A stretch of DNA of 64,000 nucleotides from Podospora anserina (Eukaryota): positions 2,046,001-2,110,000 of the forward strand of contig CM030336.1 of assembly GCA_017654855.1 (NCBI GenBank), written 5' to 3'. Positions within the stretch are counted from its first letter, which is position 1, and each line of letters starts with the position of its first letter. Below are positions 24,133-37,135 of this stretch, in pieces. Position numbers and translations under genes: made by a program. The notes beneath the pieces were generated by a model. That model did no database searches and had not been told where the DNA came from. It worked only from the letters and a program-made list of their open reading frames with translations.

Positions 24133-26170
24133 TCAAACAAGAGTTGGGTTCAAAAAAGCAAGCTCTTGCAAATGCTTGCGCCAGGCCCCGACATGATCTT
24201 CCATGACAAAACTGTCAGTCGCTGCTACCTTCTGGCCCTGTTTAACTCCATAAAGATACGGTTTCTCGTCAGCATAACAATGAGTTTTAGCCTCGTTTGG
24301 AAGCTTGCCATGCAGGATAAAGTCTCTAGCGATCGAATTTGTACACTGAGAGGTATCCCTCGACGAGTGTCCATATCCATGATGAATAATCATCCGAGCA
24401 TTGGAGCCCATCTCATGCAGGAGTCTCCTCCCATTTCGGAGAGGTGTTGCCGAATCGTAGGTTTCCGCAATCAGAAGGACTGGGTGCTTCAGTTTATGTC
24501 CGAGATGGCCACGGTAGACTTCAGCAGGACGAGGCCAGTAGGTGTTAAAGTGACGGCAGGGAAGCACGTTGTACAACCGGCTATTTCCCGCGATCCAGTT
24601 TTTGGTGGTCATATTGCCCAAAGCGAGAGCCACCACTCAAGGTCATCGGGCTCCGTAGCGTCGAATGAATCACTGCAAATCACCAAAGTCCCAAGCTCTT
24701 CTGTAGAAGGAGGCTCAGGACTGGCGAGACAAGGCTTTTCGGGGTTGAAATACCAGGAGGTCTTGTCAATCAGAGTGGCTGCAAGTGTGGCGTTGCCTTC
24801 CTCGAGGCCCAAAAGAGCTTCGGCGAGCGCTGGCCAACTTTGTGCGTTATACATGGCGCCGTATATTGTGTTTACCAGAGCCGAATATGTGACAACAACA
24901 GGGCCGCTTGTTGGGATGTAAACGGGGGCTGGCCGGTCGAGGAGTGATGAAAGAAGGGTTTCCAACCGGCTTTGGAGGCCATCAAGGGTGACAGGTTTGC
25001 CGTTCCTTGACTTTGCCAGAGCGCAATATCTCGACCCAGCGTTGACACACTCACCCAGAAAACCGTCCCGCCAGGCATCTGTTGCATTGTCCAACCTGTC
25101 CAGCCAAAACCTCCACGTAGACGATGGTCTTTGACATATTCGGTGCCATCGAGGATCATGCGGCCGGAACGGTTGGGAAACATGGACACATAGGTTTGCG
25201 CAATACCTGTCCCATAGCTCACAAAATTTCCCGTGACTTCGTTTTCACCAAGTGCCGCTCGAATCTGTTCGAGATCTCTTGCAACAAAGGCCGTGGAGAC
25301 GAACCGACCCAGGTCTCCGTGGCGCTCCCAGCATGCTCTCATGACAGCAGCGTTCATTGCGTCACCAAGTTCAACTTGATCCCGATGAGAAGCCGACACG
25401 GACCGGTGTTTCGATACCAACAACTCCCAGTGGTCCCGGTCTGCATCGTGAGGGAAACAGGCCACAGCGGGTTGAGACATGTTGACACCCCGGGGATCCC
25501 AACCCAAAATGTCAAACTTGCCATCGCTAAGTCGCTCGGTTATATTTTGCCCTGCGCGCCATGCATAACTCGCCCCACTTCCTCCCGGTCCCCCAGGCTC
25601 GATGATGATGGTTCTTTCACTCTTTCGGCCGACCTGATCGTCCAAGGCGGTATATGTTGATCTGATCCTGGCAAGTCCCGAAACTTGGAACTTGGTGACA
25701 GCAAGACGGGCAATGCGGTTGTTGGACTTGTTGGTGTAGTCCAGTGGGACATCCAAAAATCCACACATCAATATGCCACGACCGGCGTATGGGTCCTCTT
25801 TCCGCCCATCGCTGCTATTTCCAACAGTCAACCCCCAGCTCCAATGAGCAGGGTTGGGGTCAAACAAACCAAACCATCTCTTTTCGAATTCAACATCGTC
25901 CAACGGCGGCGGTGTTGTTCTTGGCGTACAGGGCTGAAATCGAAACGGATCGTGGGGCTTTGGAAACTTTCCATACGGAGAATCAGGGATTTGTGTCTTG
26001 AAGCAGCTCAAAGGGCTATTACTGTGGCACTTCGAGAATGGCGAGAACCAAACTAAGCTCCCGACAACGAGCCCAAGAACGATCCATTCACGAACAGACC
26101 TGGGCTCTGAAAGCGGGGCCGCCAGAGACGGCCGTTTCTCCAACGAGGCTGAGGATCTAGATTTGTTCAT
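24133..26170 (-). pseudogene. TAP-like alpha/beta hydrolase (peptidase S33 type) with two 1-nt frameshifts (pseudogene or sequence errors)
   Basis: EPGGPGGSG, DPRGV, VSYGT, VICSD and HGYGHSS motifs lie in three ORFs. Frame breaks at 25095-25096 (TGG ACA GG TTG GAC) and 24616-24617 (TGG GC AAT ATG) have no splice signals. Confidence 0.75.
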
Positions 26171-27208
26171 TGTGGTTGTTGTCTTTTGAAACGGTTGGCT
26201 TAGACATGGTCATTGAAGATGGGTGTGCTATTTCATTTCAGGGTGGTCCAAGCTCCCTGCACCTGCAGCAGCCTCTCGGCTGAAAGAACGCCTCTTCTAA
26301 TGATGCCTTCCGGGTTAATAACAATGGTTTTGATGCTGTTGATTCGTTGAAACGGCTCGTGAGTGAGGTAGGTAGCAATCATAATCGATACGCTCTGGTA
26401 GCCCAAGCGAAAATATTTCCCGCTGAGAGGCCTGTCACAAAGTTAGACCCATCGTTCGCTCTTAATACTGGGTAACTATTTCAGAACCGTAGTATGGTTG
26501 AATATAGGGGTTCATCGACTGGATGTTGGATGCTCTCTTCGATGCCCTTGGTGGGGTTTATCAAACGCCAGCAGATATGGGTGGGGTAACTTTGCTTGTG
26601 ACACATGCAGGGCTTCACAAGGGTGGGCCTGTTTCCCCACAAATCACGGCGGTTCGGCACATGACGTAATTCCTCGTCCTATCTGTGCAGATGTACGATT
26701 TGACGATAGAGCGCTACCAGATAGTATCCAAGGCTCATCTCAAACCTGATATGCACCATCCTGGTGATTTCAAGGCGCAAGCAGAGCCGCCGCCAGACAT
26801 GAGACATAATTGGCCAGCTGGCCAGTCGACCTCGGCCTCAACGCTGTAGAATCCAGAGGCATCCACAGCCCAGCCACAAGAAGAACGTAAGTGTCTGTCG
26901 TTTGCTGAAAAGCAAGCGGTGTACAAGCCTGCCGGAGCATACGACATTTCTGTCCTGGTTTGGCTTGTCGTTGGCACACCACGTCATTTGTTGTGGCGCT
27001 ACCGCCATGGTTGAGCCCAAGAGACTACATGCCAGGAGTATAATTCCCAACAAGCCCTTCAGAGCAAACTTTTTTTGTTCACACACGAGTACTTCTTTTT
27101 CGGTCAGGTCTTTCCACTGTCTGCCTTCTCACCTTGAGCCCTCCAACAAGAAAATAAACTCATTCTTCCAATCAGCCATACCGAAAGAAAGACAGCAATC
27201 ATCTCAAA

Positions 27209-27686
27209 ATGGAGCGTTTCGTCCCCTGGGTCCACATTGCCGCGGCCATATTCTCCGTTATTCTCTTGGGAATAAGCGCATATGGTGAGTATTTCTCATC
27301 AGGCTGAAAGTTCCTAACTGACACATCTCGCAGTTGTGCACGTTACATGGGGCCACCCGACTCCCAATTTCATCTTGTTCAGCTCTCTCTGGTCTCTTCT
27401 GGTCTTGGGCTATGTGGCTATGACACCACGATTTGCCCCTAGACTCTTCCACGGCACCATTTCACTGGCTGTGTTGTGCTTGACGACCATCTTCTGGTTC
27501 GCCGGCGCAATTGCCTATTCGGTTTGGGCCGGATATCCGTATTGCCACGGCTCAATTTGGTGTGGCTCGAACCAGGCGGGAATTGCCTTTAGCTGGATTC
27601 TTTTTGTGCTCTTTACCTTCTTGGCCGTCGTCGAGACTCTCCGTTTCCGAAGGGGTTCCGTACGCACAGGGCCTGCCGTTGTTTAG
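27209..27686 (+). CDS. MARVEL-domain four-TM membrane protein; exons 27209-27284, 27334-27686
   Basis: Four hydrophobic segments, TIFWFAGAIA and AGIAFSWILF; intron GTGAGT...CTGAC...CAG. Confidence 0.8.
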
Positions 27687-28247
27687 AGAGCTCGGGGCGT
27701 TGCAAAATTCGGACTGAGGCGGCACCGTGTGCAGGGCAGGAAAAGGATCACTGACCCGCGATGCCGGGGTGGCATGACCTGGGGGTTGACGCTTGACGAG
27801 CAGGTTTGGATTTTTCATACATCGATGATCGGGACATAGGAAGGACTAGATAAATAATTTCTCATATGATACCCCTCTAAGGAGTGGCGAAGGAATATTG
27901 GCGTTTGGGTTTAATATATGGGAGTTCCAAAATGTTGCAGGCCATCTACTCGTGTGATTGCCAATGTACCAAGGGAGTAAGTGATCTTGGTAAGTTCCTG
28001 TTAGTAAACAACCCTAACCCGGGGTTTTGCACGCCACCTTATGGGATCCGCAGTTTAACCGGCGTCGGCGTCGAGTCACCAGCCAGGCGCCACATCCGTC
28101 GGCCAACTGCCAACCACCCATATCCATCAACATTTCTCGACTTTCATCACCTTTGCGCCGCCATCACCCAGTCTCACGACAGCAATCGCAAAGCGACAAC
28201 AACCTACCCGGACCGACCACCGAGACCCACAAACTCTACATTTAAAA

Positions 28248-28639
28248 ATGGGCAAAGTTCACGGATCCCTCGCCCGTGCTGGTACGTCTCATCGGCAATC
28301 AATCCTCTGTGTACAAAGATTCTCGGCTAACCACGGTCGCGAACAGGCAAGGTCAAGTCGCAAACCCCCAAGGTTCGAAAACCCGTTCCCAGACGTCGAG
28401 CCCGATCTTCAAAGTTGGATGGCGACTGATTCAGCACGAACTATAGGTCGAGAAGCAGGAGAAGGCCAAGACCCCCAAGGGCCGCGCCCACAAGCGTGAG
28501 ATCTATACTCGCCGCTTCGTCAACATTACCCTCACCCCTGGTGGCAAGAGAAAGGTATGATATTGTTGGGACTGAAATCCTTCAGCCACAGCTACTTACG
28601 AGGCCTGCCGAATAGATGAATGCGAACCCAACCGCTTAA
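28248..28639 (+). CDS. RPS30: 40S ribosomal protein S30 (eS30); exons 28248-28281, 28347-28372, 28447-28554, 28616-28639
   Basis: Spliced product [26 protein letters not shown]...YTRRFVN...MNANPTA. Confidence 0.96.
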
Positions 28640-29422
28640 ATCGAATGAACATCACTGAGGGAGGGGCTCTATCTCGCTAGGCGTTGAGGACTGGGCATGG
28701 GAATATGGGCTCGCCATCTTTCTAACGGCGCTTGGACTCGGTCGGCAACGTTGCGCTGGTAATTGCGGTGGCCATCTCAGCCTGGCATCAGGGCGCATCG
28801 GCGTTTCGGTCGGAGGATGACATGGTGTCCGTTTGGGGCCGACATCTGGCCATAGAGTTGAGAAATTTTTTATTGGGGCCGTGTGGCCATAATCCAAGAG
28901 ATCTCATAATCAACACCGGTTTGGAGTTCCTCCCATATCTTGAATGTCTGTCTCTGCTCAACAGGAGGGAATATGCAGCATCCTTCTCATGACAATGAAT
29001 TTACAAGGTGCAGCATATTCCGACTGACTGGGACCGTGTACTACATCCCATCCCCAGCTATGTGCCAGTGAATGAAGTGAATGCTCACGGATCTGAGCCA
29101 AGCCAGGAAGTTGTTCTGTCTGCATGAGATGCTGGTCTGTTTATCTTATCAGCCTCTTGGCTGTGCGAGAGCTGTGATTTGCTGGAACAGAATTAATATG
29201 GGGTTACTTGCCAGTCTGGGCATGTGGCTTCAGCTGGCACCAGTGGTGGGAGCTCTCCGGCCCCACAAAGAATTTTAGGGTTGGTTGGCTCTGCGCACCA
29301 GTTTCGAGAAATTCGCAGCAAAAAGCTTCCCCGCCTAGAGAAAAAAGTCCGCCTTGAAGCGACCGACCGAGTTCCACGACAACAACATCTCCCCTTTCGA
29401 CACCCACCGAAACATCGAAATC

Positions 29423-30385
29423 ATGGCTGATCGGGGAACTGGTGCCCGCGGCGGCGGCTTTGCTGCTCGTGGTGATCGTGGTGGTGATCGCGGCCGTGGC
29501 CGTGGCCGTGGACGTGGACGTCGCGGCGGCAACAAGAACGACGAGAAGGAGTGGCAGCCCGTCACCAAGCTCGGTCGTCTCGTCAAGGCCGGCAAGATTA
29601 AGAGCATGGAGGAGATCTACCTCCACTCTCTCCCCATCAAGGAGTACCAGATCGTGGATTACTTCCTCCCCAAGCTCAAGGATGAGGTCATGAAGGTGCG
29701 CATTGTCGCCAAACCACGAACCCCAGCCCGACGATTCGAAAACACCGTTCCGCCCGATTTCAGACCAGTTTCTAACATGCAATTTTACTCCCCTACAGAT
29801 CAAGCCCGTCCAGAAGCAGACCCGTGCCGGTCAGCGTACCCGCTTCAAGGCTATCGTTATCATCGGTGATTCCGAGGGTCACGTCGGTCTCGGTATCAAG
29901 ACTTCCAAGGAAGTCGCGACTGCCATCCGTGCCGCCATCATCATCGCTAAGCTCAGCGTTGTTCCCGTCAGACGTGGTTACTGGGGTGCCAACCTCGGTG
30001 CTCCCCACTCCCTCCCCACCAAGGAGAGCGGCAAGTGCGGTTCCGTCACCGTCCGTGTAAGTAGCAGATCAAGCCTGGCGCGCCAGCTCAAGGGACTCAG
30101 AAATGCTAATTGGACGCCCAGCTCATCCCTGCCCCCCGTGGTACTGCCATCGTCGCTTCCCCCGCCGTCAAGCGTCTCCTCCAGCTCGCCGGTATCGAGG
30201 ATGCCTACTCCTCTTCTTCCGGCTCCACCAAGACCCTCGAGAACACCCTCAAGGCCACCTTCGCCGCTGTCTCCAACACCTACGGTTTCCTCACCCCCAA
30301 CTTGTGGAAGGAGACCAAGCTTATCCGCTCTCCTCTGGAGGAGTTTGCCGACACCCTCCGGGACGGCAAGCGTTACACCAACTAG
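29423..30385 (+). CDS. RPS2: 40S ribosomal protein S2 (uS5); exons 29423-29695, 29799-30056, 30122-30385
   Basis: RGG-rich N-terminus; [27 protein letters not shown] and LIPAPRGT motifs. Confidence 0.97.
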
Positions 30386-31239
30386 GTTGCTTCTGAATGA
30401 GGGTGATGCTCAGTCAGTGGGATGTGGTGCTTTGGGGCGTCTATGGTTTTGCGTGCATGGGCTCCGGCAATAGACAAGGGCTGTCAAAAATAGCATGATT
30501 GGCCTAAATCCCAAATTATGATTTGATCACGAAGTCTATGGTTTTTTCTTGTTTCTTTACAAAACAGTTCCGTCTTCTGGTGCACAGTGATAGGCCTGGT
30601 GAGGTGTCCGTGTGTCCAACTGGGTCAACACCTTCTCGTTTCACTGGTTGTAATTGACTTTCTGTAGGTTCGCTTGGCTCCTCCCATGCATCTCTCTCCT
30701 GGAAGGCACAAACATCAGGTAGCATGTCGATGAACCATATTGAAAACCCGCTCCTTATTTGGACCATAGCGGAGGATTTGATCCTCTCTGCACCCAATCC
30801 CGATCAACATACTCGCTTTTGCTTACATGCTTACAGCCTGTGGAAGGGGTCATCTTGGTAACTGACTGCAGGAAGATCGACTTCTCCAAGCTGCTGTTCA
30901 TCTTGATTCTTCTTGGACACCTACTCTTCCTCAAGTGATTGGACACGACGCTTGTCTTGGATCTTTTTGGACTTTAAGTTTTGGGCTAGTTTTGCCATCT
31001 TGATTTTGGAACTGTCTCGACTAAACCCTTACTTTTCTACAGTTGCCCGTTAAGCACTTACGACCTGTCTAGCAGCATGCCTCAAGTCGGTCGTTGTTCG
31101 CTTCTCTTTCTCCTACTTCCAACTGTCCACGGCCTGTGGAATTCGACCATTTCCCCAGACCTGTCGCTAGTTCAATCCGATGGGAGACAATGGCTCCCTT
31201 TGCCACCCCATGAAGGTTAGGCATCCCCGACCTTCCGCT

Positions 31240-32420
31240 TCCAAATCTATTGTCTTCTCTTTTTGCTCTGAAGCCCATCGCTGCGCCTGAAGCACCCCCT
31301 CCAGTCCCTACAGCAGCCTAGGCTTCCCCCACAATCCCGCAAGGTATGTCACCTGCTTCCTGGCCAACATGGCCATGTTCTTTCTTGCCCGAACTGAAAG
31401 CTTCAACCATTACGTCGATACCTGGTGGGATGACCAACAAGCTCTGTATCAAGTTCAGTCTGATATGCCCTTTTTCGCTGGCCGCTACCGAGTACGGCTT
31501 CGAGTGCTACTGTGGCGATGTGCTGGTGGACTCTTGGTTGATGGGTGGTGATTCGGACTGCAACAAGCCGCGCCCTACTGTTGCGACAGGCAATCGCGAT
31601 TGCGAATGGGCGATGAGTCTCTGGAACGCCGACGATGGCAAAGTTCCCAAGGTTTTCGGTCCTCAAGAGCATTTCGTGCCTCCCACCCTTGCTCCTGGTG
31701 AAATTGACGTCCTTGCCTACGTGGGTGGCCTGCGACAGACTGCTGTATTGGTTGCAACTCCGGTATATGAGTGGCCGGCTGGGAGTCATACACCCCTCGT
31801 CGTCGTCTTCATATGCTTCAAATATCGACATGGCAGCTCTTGCAGCCAGCGTTCACGCCATTGTATCAGCTGCCACGAAGCAGGCACAAGGGCTTGTGGT
31901 ATCGGAAGTTCGGAGAAAAGTCCATGGGGACCTTACAGAAAGGGTCGCCAAAGCAGCTATTGGTAGCACTACCACCACCACATTCAGCACGACAAGGACG
32001 CTCACGACTACTGTTACATGCACCGAGTCTACTAGTTCATTAGTGACGAGCAATTCACCGACATCGTTGATAACCTCCCATCTGTAGCGTCTCATCAGGC
32101 GGAGGTGACAGGCACTATCTCGAATGACCCATTGACACCACTGATGGCCCCCATGCCATCCCTGTCTGATCTGGACTCGAATAGCTTTGGGTCAGACCCG
32201 ACTGTTCCAAGTCCCTCTACGGTTCCTGGGAGCGTCAGCCTCTCAGTTACCCTCGACATCTCCGGATTTGAGTATAGTCTCAAACGAAACGACTGAGTCA
32301 ACGTTCCCTGATGCTTCCAGTCAGGTCATCGTCATCACAGTGATGACAACAACCCTACCAGTTATAGCTAGTATGGCGGCGTCCCAGCAGGCTCAACCAC
32401 CATGCCTAGCTTGCCTCTGG
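31240..32420 (+). pseudogene. Degenerate WSC-domain, Ser/Thr-rich surface-protein gene (boundaries approximate)
   Basis: MTNKLCIKF...AATEYGFECYCGD is WSC-like; in-frame TAG at 31319-31321; downstream S/T-rich sequence is split over several frames. Confidence 0.6.
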
Positions 32421-35400
32421 CTGTCACACCCTTTCTCGGCGTCAGTACTTGGGAACAGGCACCGCAGGGGGCACATACATATGTGGCTACTGGTGGACAA
32501 CGGAGGGAACGGTGGTCTTTTGTGGCATGAAGAGGTTAACTTTGAACGAAGGATGTTTATGGGAAGGCGATATGACATTTATTACGTTTTATCTTTGTGT
32601 TTAGATGAAATTCTATCGCACCAGGGCCGCTGCATAGTTAGGTGGGGAGGAAGAAGCCAACATCATGAGGGTACACTTTAACTCTTGTGGGCAACTCAGA
32701 CGGAATATTTTCGGGCTATTGGGTATGTGTGAAGGGCGCTGGGCTGGAAGACTTTGGTCTGCTTTTTGTCTTGTTTTCTCTCGTTTAGCATATCATAGAC
32801 GACGGTCTTTGCTGGTTTGATTTCTTTTATTGGTTCCAGATTTTGCTCTTATACATGATGCTGGTGGGGATATTACAGTGCAAAGATGATATGTGATTCA
32901 GCCTTCTCTTTGCGACTGAAACGGCAACGATGTCCCAACACATTGACAGGACGCTTCCATATCGATCGGATGTCTCGGTACCCAGCTAGACCACAGGCTA
33001 CGGAGGATAGTCATCATTAACATGCCTTTAAAGACAGCCATAGGCCCCGAAAGAAAGGTAAAGACCTCGAAACACAGTTAATAGGCTTTGTAAGATAGTT
33101 GATAGGATAATACCATGGCCTGTTTTGTATTTTGCAAGGTATAGGTCAATGTTTAGCATGTGTTTTAAAGACTTGCTGTGTTCGGTTCTTTTGTCCAAAG
33201 TATGCCAGGCCAGGGACTTCGTTGCTTGGTTGCAATGCTGGGTGCTTATTAATCGAGGGCTCCTTCATTACAACACCACAAAATATCCCTCTGCATGAGG
33301 TGGAGGTGAATCGACCCCCCCGTGGTCATTGTTACGAGATGCTTTGTTTTAGAGCGCAAGTAGCCGGCCTGGGATACATGGTCGAGGTTTCTCTTTGCTC
33401 TCCTCCATCAACCAAAAGTTGCGAGGAAAAAAAACAAAAACAAAATACGTCTGTCTGGAACGCTCGGTGGGTTGTGTCATCAAACTCCAACGGAGTTGGT
33501 GAGAACAGAGAAAACCTTGCGAGCTCTCAGCGGTCGTTTGCGCTGAAGGCAGTCCAGAAGGTGTGAGTGGGGTGTTTCGGGGATTGTGCTTTTTTGGATA
33601 CGGCCCGAAAGAGAGGGCGGTGTTATGGAGATATTGGTGAGGTGAGTAAGGCGAGGAGTGTTTTCAGATGTTTGGCGAGATGACAAGTTTTGTAAATAGT
33701 AACTCGGGGGTAGGCTTTTCACATCATCACAAGCGCAGTCAATGTCAGTCATGTTCCGGTTAGGTACCACCGTGAGTAAATAGAGTTGTTGTTTGTTGAG
33801 AGAAACAAACGGCAGAGAGGGTACAACCTCGAGGAGACGGTCCCGAGATGCGCGTGAGGGCATGAGAGGGATGGACTCGAGAGGCAGTAGCACAAGAGTT
33901 GCAGAGTCGCGTGCCGACTGCCGTGTCCCGCGGAGATAGGATGGTTGAACATGGATTTGACCTCCGTTTAAGAGAGAACATGGCGGAGGGAAAACCCCAG
34001 AGAAGGAGGCTGTTGTGTGTTTCTGGGGAGAATGCTGAGTTTTTTTCTCACTTTTGGGGAGTGGATTTGGAGGAGTTGTGTGATGGAGTAACACGAAGCG
34101 AGCTCCTGACTTCGGCAGCATCTCTGCCAAGCTTGGCATGAGAGCATAACAACCCGTTACTTGCATACTCCAGGAGCATGCCGGCTGTTGAATATGCACA
34201 GACCATCCCCAGTCTGCACGGAGTTGGCCGGCGCAGGGTTCAGATGGTTCCCCATATCTACCCCTCACGACAGACAGGTATTTCCCCTCACGAGGTGTAA
34301 CGATAATGACGGGACAGACCCCAATACCCCACTTCCCAAGGTGTGGGCAGCTGCCAGTTGCAGTGTAAAAAGGAGTTCGGCTGAATTCTCGCAAAGACAA
34401 CTTCGCATTGAGGCCATCCATGATGTTCAACTTTAAACAAACAAATATCTCCGCTTCCCCAGATATTAGTGCGATAGATTGGACGAGGGACTCCATTCAT
34501 GAGAAGATCCAGAATCCAATAAAGCAACAACGGCACTTGCACCAACGCCGCCGAGCGACGAGTTGCCTGGTTTCGCGGTGGAGAGTGTCTGCTGTCCGGA
34601 CGGCTGTTTACCCGCACTTGGGATAGTTGAGCCCCCGTTTTGATTAACAAGCTGGAGCATCATGAAAGACCACAATGGAAGGATGCAAGATCCACTCGGA
34701 CCCGGAGACGGTGACTGACAAGTGTGGGTTCTTCCAACAAGTGCAGCAAAGACTGACATGTGTGGCCAGTGCTCCGAGTGTCTGATTACCATCCACCAAC
34801 GTTGGTTTTGCAAGATACCTATTCAGATGCTTTATACTTCGTTTGGAGGCTGTAATGAGCTAGTGTAGAGATGACATGTGAGTCTGCTCTACCGACTGCT
34901 TGGAATGGTGGCCGCTGAATTCTTGGAGAGGTCGGACATTTCGAGGGTTGGAGATTTGCATGATGTCAGAGCCAGTGCAACATGCGGTTATGATCGACTC
35001 GAAGGTTCATCTCAACCCTTCGGAAACAGCTGCAGACTCTTTACCCCATACCCGCCGTACCCCAGATGGTGCCATGATAGCTAAAGCTGGGGAAATTTCC
35101 ATTTTTTCTTTTCAAACCACCGATGCTAAACATTGGGGCCCCGGATTTGCGGACACTCTCATTGCTGTGACTGACCCGCTTGCTTCATCCATGTTTCCGG
35201 AAGCCGAGGATGAAGACGAGAGCGAGATCCATTGCTTCTGCTATATGTCGTCCTGGCTCCCACAGCCTGAAGTTTTCCATGTGTGATGGAAAAAGAATAT
35301 CTGTTTCGACCCCTGATTTTTGACGGGTTTTTCGCCATATGTTTCGCTGACACTTTGGGTTGCACGCCGCGCCTTGTCAAAGATTTCAGCCCTCTCGGGC

Positions 35401-37135
35401 GACCGGGAGAACGCATGCCCAGGCGGCAGTGACGGTAGTGACGGTAAATGGCGGCGATCTAGCAGGCGTTGGCAAACAACCAGAGGGACGTTGCGCGGCT
35501 GCTTTCTTGGGTGCTTGGCCATGCGCATGGCTGCAATTGCCCATTTCGTGGTCGTAGCGATGGAAAGCGGCCATAATATCTTGGCACCAAGCCGTTAGTG
35601 GCTTGGGGTCCTCGATGCACCTCTTGGCTCTCAACCTCCAACAACAGCAGGACGCCCCAGACGACCTGAAAACACCAGATTTAAGCGTCGAATTGCGTAT
35701 CCACTGACCCTATTCAAACCACATGGGCCAACCTGGACAAGCACCCTGCCGCTGGATCTGGAACGTCGTTTCTCCGAACGCACGTCCCACCCACCCATCA
35801 CGGCACTCTTGACTCCTCAAGGTCTTGATATCTGCGAAACAGGTGCTGGGTAGAACTACGGAGTATCCGTACTCTATATGATTCAGGCCAAACACACGGC
35901 CACACTCTAGGTGTGCCACCTGAGATGCTGTGCGCACCACACTTTTACGTTACAAGTCTACATATATGCAGGGATCGTCCCATGGCGCAATCAAAAGACC
36001 CCCATGAACCCATAGCCGTCATCGCAGGCCCTAGCTCAGCAGTCACTGGTCGCGCCAAGAAAGAGGCAGTCTTGGCATATTCTGAGGCTCATTCATTGAC
36101 ACCCTGTAGCGCCACTGGCTTGTTCTTGGATGCCGAGCTTTTCAGACGTCAGAGGACATCATTGATCCCAAAATCACCATTGTCTAACCTCTGCGTGGGC
36201 GTTTACATACTATCTGCGATGTCCTTTCCAGAACCTGGTTGTCAAGAGTTGATATCACGGGGAGCACGTGGCTCTCTCCCAAACAGAAGAGCTGGTCATG
36301 GTATAAGCCAGATGGACAGGCATCCCATGTCCTGCGTTGGGTTCCCCGGATGGGGACACCCCGGGTTCTGCGTTTGCGGACAAACTTCCAACTCGCTGAA
36401 TACCGGTGAGAGAAGGCCTGTCTTTATCTGATGTGGATGAGTCCCGTTCCATTTTGGTTACGAGCCCCTTTATTGCAGCGCAACCGTCAACCAGGGAGCT
36501 CCTGGACGTGGAGCTAGCCCCCTTTGACGGGGACTGGTCCGTCACCATCTTCATCCACACTCGTCCCAGAGATAGGGCACACCTGCCCTGATGGTGCCTC
36601 GGCCGAGCCAATGGGCGTGAGACACTCAAACGGCAGGTCAAGTGTCCCCGTCCACTGCCGTCATACCTAGATCCCAGTGACAGTGGACAAGTTGTGGAGA
36701 ATAGTCAACGGCGCTATATTTCTCCCTTCAACCGTAAATAGTAAATCCACCTTTTCACCTGGGCGAGCTGGGGTACATACGGATTTCATTGTGTCCGGTA
36801 TGCCGTGAGGCAGCGCAGATGCCCCTCACCCTCCCTCGCAACTGGTGCGAGTGACCCGCTTCGTGCTCCTTTGGGAGCTTGGGGCCGCATCTGGTTCGAC
36901 GATCCCAGATGATCGCTGCCTCCCCCCAGCAACCCCAGATCCTGGACGTGGCTGTTGGGGTACTATCCCGACACTGCATATATCAAGCCCGCCGTCGCCC
37001 TCCCCCATTCCAACCTCTGTCACACCTCCAGTTCACTCTTCTCATCTTCTCTTGAATACCATCAAGCTACGGCCTCTTTCTTGCATTGTATCAGAGGAGA
37101 GTGACAGGACTCAACAACCTACTTTACCACACACA

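Noticed and set aside
28009-28020. AACCCTAACCC as an interstitial telomere remnant
   Set aside because: Fewer than two full units; better explained as a ribosomal-protein promoter motif
33480-34496. 338-aa minus-strand ORF in the long intergenic region
   Set aside because: No recognisable domain or coding-like composition; cannot be supported without expression data
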